Shown here: positions 56,698-64,000 of the stretch, piece after piece
Layout of the letters: the number at the start of each line of letters is the position of its first letter
Numbering within the stretch: position 1 is the first letter of the stretch
NCBI GenBank assembly: GCA_043812915.1
Contig: JBDRLQ010000003.1
Location: 192,102-256,101, forward strand
Direction of reading: 5' to 3'
DNA from: Candidatus Micrarchaeota archaeon
Lineage (GTDB): Archaea > Micrarchaeota > Micrarchaeia > Anstonellales > Bilamarchaeaceae
DNA: 64,000 nt
The notes under the pieces: model-generated
Databases searched by the model: none
Told to the model about the DNA's origin: nothing
The model's input: only the letters and a program-made list of their open reading frames with translations
Position numbers and translations under genes: made by a program

Positions 56698-58033
56698 TCA
56701 AAGGATATTGCCAAACCTAACCCTCTGCGGCAGGTCGGCTTCCTCCCTTGAGAAAACGGTCCCGTCCTTGAGCTTCTCCGCGACCATGTCACGCGAGAGG
56801 CTGTTCTTCCCCTGACCCATATGGGCGCGGATTGCGCTTGTTAATCCCATATCAGTGTATGGCCTCTCCCGGTTCTCTATGATTTTCCACCTGGCGTTCA
56901 TCCATCTCATAAGAGCCAGGGCCTTCACTTCATCTCCGGCTTCCACTCCGGAAGCGATGCTTTTATGGGTGAGCCTTACAATCTCAGCAACTCCAATCCC
57001 CCTCTCCTGCAGCAGCCTGTCAAGCTCAAACCGCGAATCTTCCCTTGCCATGTTGGCTAGCACCATGCCAAAGACGCTGGGCACATTCGTCACCGGGAAT
57101 GGGCAGTCGATTGTGGGTATGGTGTCGAATGCCACCGGCCCGGTGTACTCCTCCCTGCTTGGAAGCGTGATTGTTGGGGTGTATATGTTTGCAATGCCGG
57201 TGTATCCTGCGGTGTTAACAAGGAGGGGGTCGTACCCGTCCATCGAGTCCGGCTCGAATTCCAGTTCGTTTCCAAGGAGCCTTGGCGGCACCATTGCCTT
57301 CGTAAGCCCATCCGGCTGGAACGGGTATCCGTCTGCGACTGCATACTGGGCATCCTTGTCGCTCTTGGTCGGGTCTTTTCGGGTCAACGACCTTCTCTGA
57401 AATGTTGATTGCCTTGAGCATCGGCGGGGTAAGGAGAGTTCCCCAAACTTCGGCCTTGGCGTTAATTGTTCTGCTATCCCTAAGGATGCCCGCGTAAGGG
57501 TATCCTGCCTCAAAGAATGATTCGGTTACCGGAACATATCCATGCACAAGGCCCCTGAAGACGAGCATCACATCCTTGATGCCTTCCACCCCCAGTTGCC
57601 TGCCCTGGTCAATCTTCGCCCTGACCTGGCCCGGGCACGGGTTGGAGCCATATCCTATAAGGAGGAAATGCTCCTGCATGGGTTCGGCGCCCATCTCCCT
57701 GAGAATCTTGCTGACCTTAACGAATCTCCCGTCAAGGAGAATCCTGGCCGAATACGGGTCGTTCCCCTCGAAAGCCATGATATGGACCATGGGTTCTTTC
57801 CCGGGCCTCTTCAGATACATATAAGATGCTGCCGGTCTTTTCCCCGGGTATTCCTCCGGGAAGCCATCTCTAGGGCTGTTGTAATCACTTACTCTACTAA
57901 CCAGAAGTTGCGGATGCACCTTTGCAATCTGCCTTGCCTCTCTGAGCGGGAGGAGACGTCCCCTCCGAAACGGATTCTGCAGTTCCATTTCCATAGCCCT
58001 GCCCTTTACCTCCGGACTAATTTGTTTTGCCAT
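56698..58033 (-). pseudogene. Gene with GGCT-like motif, split by 1-nt frameshift at T4 57376-57379
   Basis: ...SEKVVDPK|DPTKSDKDAQY... joins the two overlapping ORFs if one A is removed; IGYGSNPCPGQVRAK motif. Confidence 0.6.
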
Positions 58034-58191
58034 TTCTATAACCATCAATATACTCTTTCTATAATTTAATATAAACTAACCTTTATTTAAGCATTACTGC
58101 TACCCGTGAAAAATGGGGGTCATCGATTCTTTTTGGAAGGAAGCGAGGCGCCTACAATCTCTTTTTTAAACCTTAAACTGGTTAGCAAAGC

Positions 58192-59196
58192 ATGGCAGAA
58201 ATGCTGGATTTCTCAATCAATTCCCTCATTCTGGGGGGCACAGTGCTTGTCGTTTCCTTTGTTGTCCTTCTGGCCCTCTGGTCAGTCTTTATACGCGCCC
58301 TGTTCACGATATTCGGCAAGTCCAAGTTCTTTTTCATCCCGAGGACGCTAAAGGAGTTGATATTGTCCGTCTCATTCGTTTTCTTCCTTCTTAGCGTGTA
58401 TTTTGCCGTGCTCTTCGTGAACCGGGATTTGCTGGCAAATGAGTTCTTCAAGGTATGGCAGATTCTGCTGATATTCTCATTCGCTAACATCGCCCTCAGG
58501 GTTGTGCTGACCGGCCTCGACACCCACTACCGGCAGATAAAGGATCGCTCAGGCATTTTCCGCTCCGTCGGCCTTCTCAAGGGCACGCTCGGCCTGGTGC
58601 TTTACCTGTTCGCCTTCATTCTCTCGGTGAATGTACTTAGCGCGGAGCTTGGCCTGGTCGTTACTGCGATACTGCTCTTCATTATCGTGCTGGTGTTCGT
58701 CGCAAGCTTCGACCAGATGAAAAGCATCGTTTCCGGCCTTCAGCTGGGGGACTATTATGTGGAGTATGGAAGGCTAATCCGGATTGATGGCAAGGCGGGC
58801 TTCGTTGAGAGCATCCATGGGAGGTCAACCGTCCTGCGCACAATGGACGGCGAAACCGCCGTCGTCCCGAATTCCGCCTTCTTCAGCCAGATATTCGAGA
58901 TTGAGCAGGAAGATGGGAACAGGCTCACGCTCCTGGCGACAGTAAAAGGGCGCCCTGCGGGAAAGATAAAGGAGCGGATTTCATCGATTTCCAGCAAGAT
59001 TACGATGGGCCTCAAGGAGACTCCCAACGAATACCTGCCCAAGGTCTTCGTGTCCTCGGTTTCAGAAGGCGCCAGCGAGTTCATGGTGGTTTTCAGGGTG
59101 ATGCCGGATTCAGACTTGCGGAAGATAACCGACACCTTCTGCCTGGAGCTCGCAGACGAATTCAAGGAATCGCTCGTTTCAGTTAGGGTGAAATGA
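58192..59196 (+). CDS. MscS-family protein (divergent)
   Basis: TMs then SIVSGLQL, G.VESI..RST.LRT.DG..AVVPNS. Confidence 0.85.
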   Translation: MAEMLDFSINSLILGGTVLVVSFVVLLALWSVFIRALFTIFGKSKFFFIPRTLKELILSVSFVFFLLSVYFAVLFVNRDLLANEFFKVWQILLIFSFANIALRVVLTGLDTHYRQIKDRSGIFRSVGLLKGTLGLVLYLFAFILSVNVLSAELGLVVTAILLFIIVLVFVASFDQMKSIVSGLQLGDYYVEYGRLIRIDGKAGFVESIHGRSTVLRTMDGETAVVPNSAFFSQIFEIEQEDGNRLTLLATVKGRPAGKIKERISSISSKITMGLKETPNEYLPKVFVSSVSEGASEFMVVFRVMPDSDLRKITDTFCLELADEFKESLVSVRVK

Positions 59197-59251
59197 CCTG
59201 TTTTCCGGTTTTATGCTGGATTTAATAATATTTTCAGCCAACGAATAAGCC

Positions 59252-60343
59252 ATGAGAGGCATTGTATTCCTATTTCTGGTCTCAGCCTTGCTTATTGCTG
59301 GCTGCGTTGACTTATCAAAGGTGGATGTAACACCTGTGAACCCCACCAACACTACCGGGACTCAGTATCCGGCAGTTTGCAGCGGCTCGGTCTGCGGAAC
59401 CGATGGCAATACCTATCCTTCTGACTGCGCGGCTCTTGACGCCGGGGTGCAGTCTGCCTATCTGGGCATGTGCATCCCGGAATGCACTGATACTGATGGC
59501 GGGGAGGATGCGGAGGCTTACGGCACCGCTTCTGTCGGTGAGCTGGCTAGCTCTGACTTCTGCATAGATGCCTCCATTCTTGTCGAATACTCATGCGATG
59601 GTGGCGCAATCGCCAACAGCACTCTTACGTGCGCCCAGGGGAAGAAGTGCGAGCGGGGAAGGTGCGTAATCGATGAGAGCGCACCCAACGAGACCGAGCC
59701 CGAGGATAATGAAACTGTGGCCATCCCGTCAGTCGGCTGCCACGGTCCAACCGAGCCCGACGAATATGTCATGGAAACAATCACTTACAACGGGGTTGAA
59801 TTCTCAGACGTGTGCGTGGATTACCAGCTCGTCAAGGACTACTACTGCAAGGACGGCGAGCCGTTCACCATAAACAACGAGTGCGAGCCCGGATACGGGT
59901 GCATGCTCGGGAAATGCGAGTTCGTGCCGTACACATGCATTGAGACCGATGGCGGAAACGATACGCTCAACCGGGGAAGGACCACGGTCGCCAAGGGGAT
60001 ATACACCGGCTTCAACGAGATGGACGAGTGCGTGGATGATGGCAGGGTGCTGGAGCACATGTGCCTTGGGAACGGGAGCGCATTCACCCAGGAGCTGCTC
60101 TGCGGCAGCGGGCTGAAGTGCTTCGTTGGAAGGTGCCTGAGGAGCGACTGCAGCGAGGATGATGGGGGCTACAACCTGTTTGAGCGGGGGGTCTCGGAAG
60201 CGCATGAAGAAGAGTATCATGATGAGTGCCTTGATGATGTACGGATAAGGGAGTATTACTGCTATGGCGATGATGTGGACAGTGCCCTGGTAAAATGCCC
60301 TGAAGGGTATGTCTGCGATTCGGGAAGATGTGAGGAGGAATGA
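59252..60343 (+). CDS. Cys-rich lipoprotein with Kazal-like domain and C.(D/E)TDGG repeats
   Basis: LIAGC lipobox; VCGTDGNTYPSDC; CTDTDGG / CIETDGG / CSEDDGG each followed by D.C...EY.C....C..G..C..G.C. Confidence 0.88.
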   Translation: MRGIVFLFLVSALLIAGCVDLSKVDVTPVNPTNTTGTQYPAVCSGSVCGTDGNTYPSDCAALDAGVQSAYLGMCIPECTDTDGGEDAEAYGTASVGELASSDFCIDASILVEYSCDGGAIANSTLTCAQGKKCERGRCVIDESAPNETEPEDNETVAIPSVGCHGPTEPDEYVMETITYNGVEFSDVCVDYQLVKDYYCKDGEPFTINNECEPGYGCMLGKCEFVPYTCIETDGGNDTLNRGRTTVAKGIYTGFNEMDECVDDGRVLEHMCLGNGSAFTQELLCGSGLKCFVGRCLRSDCSEDDGGYNLFERGVSEAHEEEYHDECLDDVRIREYYCYGDDVDSALVKCPEGYVCDSGRCEEE

Positions 60344-60398
60344 ATCTTCCCCCACATCACTTTTATAAAGTTCATCTCCGCACATTTACCAGGTGCAA

Positions 60399-60986
60399 AT
60401 GATGAGAAACCTGCATTTTCTTGCCTTTTTGCTGGCATTTTCAGGATTGGGACTCTGCTCTTTCGATATGCTCACTGATGATATTCAGGTCGGGTGGCCT
60501 GACAATGGTTTCCAGGCGGCCGACGTTGCCGTTGGCCAGCCTGGCTCCGGTTCTGCCCAGCCCGGGGCGCCCTCGATGGAATTCGCCATTGTGCTTGGGG
60601 CATCTTTGATAATCATCCTCGTCCTGTGGTTCATATACAGAGTTTTCTGGGGAGGGAATAGGAAGAAGCCCGTTAGGGCCCCTCCAGTGGAGGAGAAGCC
60701 TCCTGCAAAGGATTTGCCTGAAAAAGGGCAGCAGGTAATCGGTGCCAACAAGGAACTGGAATCATATGCGCCTGGCGGGGAAGAGCCTGAGCAGGAATCC
60801 AGGGGAATCGAGAAAGCGGCTGCCAATGAATCCGAGGCAGATGCGGCAGTGGAAAAGGCTCTTGGCGAAGAGCTCGCTGCCGAGCCGAAGGATGAGGTTG
60901 CACCGGCTGCTTCCAAAAAGGAACCTAAGGAAAAACCAAAGAAGGCAAGGAAACCTGCCAAAAAGAAGGCTGCGAAGAAGGAATAA
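60399..60986 (+). CDS. Single-pass membrane protein with charged, Lys-rich cytoplasmic tail
   Basis: Signal peptide, TM, Glu/Ala/Pro-rich tail ending KPKKARKPAKKKAAKKE. Confidence 0.8.
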   Translation: MMRNLHFLAFLLAFSGLGLCSFDMLTDDIQVGWPDNGFQAADVAVGQPGSGSAQPGAPSMEFAIVLGASLIIILVLWFIYRVFWGGNRKKPVRAPPVEEKPPAKDLPEKGQQVIGANKELESYAPGGEEPEQESRGIEKAAANESEADAAVEKALGEELAAEPKDEVAPAASKKEPKEKPKKARKPAKKKAAKKE

Positions 60987-61006
60987 TCCCCTCTTTTTTC
61001 TATTTT

Positions 61007-61504
61007 TCAAGCCCGGGCGCCCGTTGCCACGCTCTGCTTGCAAGCATGCCTGCTCGCCAGTTTGTCAGCCTTTCTCCTGGCATTTCTGGTATCTACAATC
61101 CTGGTCGCCTGGACTACAATCTCCTCGGCGTATGAAGCGCAGTCTCCAGGATTTATGATTTTTATCCTGTCCACCGCCGCCGCAATCTCCGGAAACCTCG
61201 TCCTGAATGAATCCGTAAGAATTGCCGGGTTGCTGGCTACAATCTCAATTTTTCCCGCGACCTTTGCCACAGTCTTTCCGTACTGGCTGTCTGTTCTCGG
61301 CCTTAGGATGCGGCCCATCTCCATGCGGATTGCCTCGGAGCTCCTGCCCTTTGCCGTCTGGATATCTTCCCGGATGGCCTCTCTTTTCCGGAGGAACCTT
61401 ATAAGAGCGGCCTCTGCGCCAACAGCCCTTGCGCATCTGCATGTGATGGGCACCAGGATTCCCCGTCTCTTTCCTCCGGCAAGGGTGTGCGGTGTACCAG
61501 CCAT
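61007..61504 (-). CDS. Hypothetical basic protein (orphan)
   Basis: ORF downstream of AT-rich promoter-like region; no motif. Confidence 0.55.
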   Translation of the reverse strand: MAGTPHTLAGGKRRGILVPITCRCARAVGAEAALIRFLRKREAIREDIQTAKGRSSEAIRMEMGRILRPRTDSQYGKTVAKVAGKIEIVASNPAILTDSFRTRFPEIAAAVDRIKIINPGDCASYAEEIVVQATRIVDTRNARRKADKLASRHACKQSVATGARA

Positions 61505-61594
61505 AATAATCACAAAATAGTATAATTGATAACATATATAATGAAAGCAAAAATGTTTATAAATGTTATTATTAATGTAAAAAAGGGATTTAAA

Positions 61595-62509
61595 TCAGCG
61601 CCTGCAATCTCCTGCGCTCCTATAGGGGCCATCACCCGGAATGGGAAACTCCTCTATTTCCCTCCTTATCCTTCCAGATATTTTTTCAATGGCCTTCTTG
61701 GTCTCTTTGGATGCGTCGGGAAGCATCCCTCCAAGGCTTCCTGGGAATTCGCGCTCCTTTTTCAGACCTGTATTCATCAGCCTCTCAAATTCAACGAGGG
61801 CCGGCAAATCGCCCATGCAGCTATCCAAAATTTTCATGAGGGCATCCTGCGCCCTGGATTCCACATCAGCACTTCTCCATAAATCCGAGGCGACGACTTT
61901 GGGAATGACCTCCAAATCAGGAAATATGCCCTGCGCAATCTGCTTTGCAATCTCTCCCCTCTCATTTTCGGTTGCGAACAGGCTGATGAGTGCCGGAACC
62001 GCTCCCAAGCCCCCGATTTTCCCAAGGGCGTCGACCGCGTTTGGCACGGCTGGCGAGTGCGGGTCCTTCTCTATGAGGCATATTAGCAAATCAATCGATT
62101 CCTCATCCTTCTTTTCCCCAAGTTCCAATGCCGCCAGGGAACGGATGCCCGAATCCCTATGCGAAAGCGCGGCTCTAAGCGGCGGGAGGGCCAGAGGGGA
62201 ATCAATCCTTCCCAGTGCAATGACAGCTTCCCTGCCACACTCCCTTTCCGCATCATCAATGCTCTTGCTCAGCAGGGCGATATGCTCTTCAGCCCCGGCA
62301 ATCCCGAGAAACGCGATGGCCCTAAATCGCTTTCCGCTATCAGGGCAAGCAATATTCTTTTTTGCCGCGCGCATGGTCCCTTCACTCACTTTTCTGAAGG
62401 CATTTGCTATGGCATCTGATACGGGCAGTCCGGCCACTTCCTTGAGCTTCTGCAGCCTGCCGCCTTTGACAGGCACAATCGCTCGCTTCTTTTCGTTCTT
62501 TGCTGCCAT
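61595..62509 (-). CDS. HEAT/PBS-lyase repeat protein
   Basis: REAVIALGRI, RSLAALELGE, NAVDALGKIG repeats; GGAGG SD. Confidence 0.85.
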   Translation of the reverse strand: MAAKNEKKRAIVPVKGGRLQKLKEVAGLPVSDAIANAFRKVSEGTMRAAKKNIACPDSGKRFRAIAFLGIAGAEEHIALLSKSIDDAERECGREAVIALGRIDSPLALPPLRAALSHRDSGIRSLAALELGEKKDEESIDLLICLIEKDPHSPAVPNAVDALGKIGGLGAVPALISLFATENERGEIAKQIAQGIFPDLEVIPKVVASDLWRSADVESRAQDALMKILDSCMGDLPALVEFERLMNTGLKKEREFPGSLGGMLPDASKETKKAIEKISGRIRREIEEFPIPGDGPYRSAGDCRR

Positions 62510-62673
62510 TTCATCCCTCCGTTTGTGAACCCTGCCGTGCCTTCATATATTGTCGGAAAGCAATTATAAACGTTGTTAATTATGGCAATTTAAAGTTTAA
62601 ATCAATCGGCCCGCACTCGGGGAACGCACACTTCTGAGCAAACGCTTTTATAGCTGATTTGAGATATCCAGCC

Positions 62674-64000
62674 ATGCTTTACATCTCCCGCATCAGACTG
62701 CGGAATTTCAAATCCTTCAAAGTGCTTAATGTTGAACTGCCCCAGACCCTTCTCTGCCTGGCCGGGCCCAACGGCTCCGGCAAGAGCAACGTGGGCGACG
62801 CGATAAGGTTCGCCCTCGGGGAAACGAGCCTGAAATCACTCAGGGCAAGGGCAGTCCGCGACCTAATACATACAGGCTCAAAGACCGCGGAGGTCACCCT
62901 GAACTTCAAGGGAGACGAGGAAATAGAGGTCAAGAGGGTAATCCGCGAGGATGGGAAGATTCTTTATCGGCTGAACGGGAAGAATACCACGCGCAGGGCG
63001 ATACTGGAGACCCTCAAGAGGCACAATCTTGACGAATCCAGCAGGAACGTCATCGCACAGGGGGAGGTCCAGCGCCTCCTGAACATGGGCGGAAAGGAGA
63101 GGAGGATGATTATCGACAGCGTCGCTGGAATCGCCGACTTCGAGCAGAAGAAGAAGGAAGCCATGCGCGAGCTGGAGACTGTCGAGAGCAGGATAAAGGA
63201 CGCCAACCTTGTTCTTGGGGAGAGGGCCGCTTTCCTTGAGGAGCTCAAAAGGGAGAAAGAGGCGGCGCTCAAATTCACAGAGGCGCGCGACACGCTCCGA
63301 AACAGCAAGGGCACATTGCTCCAGAAGGAACTGGAGAGGCTCGAAACAGAGGGCGCGAAGCTTCAGGACCTGGAGGAGAAAATCGAATTCAACAGGAAAG
63401 CCAAAGAGCAGGAGCAGGAGGAGCTGCGCGGGAAAATCGATGGCATCGATGCCAAGCGCTCAGCCCTCAGCCAGGAGCTGCAGGCAAAGCAGAAGACCAA
63501 CGCGTTAATCCGGAGGATAGAGGAGCTCAAGGCATCCTTAGGCTCGAAGACGCAGCTTATTGAGGACAAGGAAGGGGCTCTCTCCAAACTTAAGGGGGAG
63601 CACCTGGGCCTGTCCAAGGAAATCGAGAACGAGCAGGCACAGCTCACCTCCCTGAGTGATGAGCTTGAGAGGCTTCGCAGCGACCTAAAAGCGGCGGAGG
63701 CAAAGGCTGAGCAGCAGGGCGCGATACCAAAGAGCGGCAAGATCGAATCCCTCCGGGCTTCCCTTGGGGGAGCAGAAGAATCGCTGCAGGAGCTCCGCGA
63801 GCGGCTGGTCGCAGTTGAGGCAGATATCGCATCCAAGAAGGAGATAATAGAGGCAAAGAAGCAGGAGACTTCCAGGATTTCAGAAAAAGAGCCCGGGCAG
63901 GGCAATTTCGCTTCGGAATACGAGCACCTGCAGAAGGAAGTCGATAGGCTCGAGACAGAGATTGACGATTCTTTCAAGAGGACAAAAGAGATAAACCAGG
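62674..64000 (+). CDS. smc: Chromosome segregation protein SMC (runs off window end)
   Basis: Hand translation MLYISRIRLRNFKSF...GPNGSGKSNVGDAIRFALG...IAQGEV...VAGIADFE then long coiled coil. Confidence 0.95.
   Translation, partial: MLYISRIRLRNFKSFKVLNVELPQTLLCLAGPNGSGKSNVGDAIRFALGETSLKSLRARAVRDLIHTGSKTAEVTLNFKGDEEIEVKRVIREDGKILYRLNGKNTTRRAILETLKRHNLDESSRNVIAQGEVQRLLNMGGKERRMIIDSVAGIADFEQKKKEAMRELETVESRIKDANLVLGERAAFLEELKREKEAALKFTEARDTLRNSKGTLLQKELERLETEGAKLQDLEEKIEFNRKAKEQEQEELRGKIDGIDAKRSALSQELQAKQKTNALIRRIEELKASLGSKTQLIEDKEGALSKLKGEHLGLSKEIENEQAQLTSLSDELERLRSDLKAAEAKAEQQGAIPKSGKIESLRASLGGAEESLQELRERLVAVEADIASKKEIIEAKKQETSRISEKEPGQGNFASEYEHLQKEVDRLETEIDDSFKRTKEINQ

Noticed and set aside
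1..64000. CRISPR array, cas genes, rRNA, integrase or provirus
   Set aside because: No regularly spaced repeats or diagnostic motifs seen by eye.

Overview
A 64-kb, gene-dense archaeal chromosome segment, most likely DPANN (Candidatus Micrarchaeota-like). The archaeal call rests on Cbf5, Trm1, Hjc, Spt5, SecE, eIF5A, S24e/S27ae/L14e, Sm, Kae1 and BHB-type tRNA introns; the DPANN assignment is inference. Core content: metG (partial), truD-trm1, ftsZ-secE-spt5, glyA, thiI, DUF106-cmk-rpl14e-cbf5, iorAB, the complete lower archaeal (Aeropyrum-type) mevalonate pathway (mvk, PMDh L/S, UbiD-type decarboxylase, ubiX, ipk), nth, hjc, eIF5A-rps24e-rps27ae-kae1, tatD and smc (partial). All four tRNA genes carry introns (five introns, three at non-canonical positions). 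Accessory content: a TnpA-only IS200-like element with a structured leader, flanked by two Lys-rich histone-H1-like micro-ORFs; an 11-kb array of modular beta-helix/Cys-rich surface-protein genes, one split by a C6 frameshift exactly between passenger and membrane anchor; a LipA-like radical SAM protein lacking auxiliary-cluster ligands; a GCS2 ligase facing a GGCT-like gene; and several orphan ORFs. No CRISPR array or rRNA was seen. All calls come from reading motifs by eye, with no database searches.
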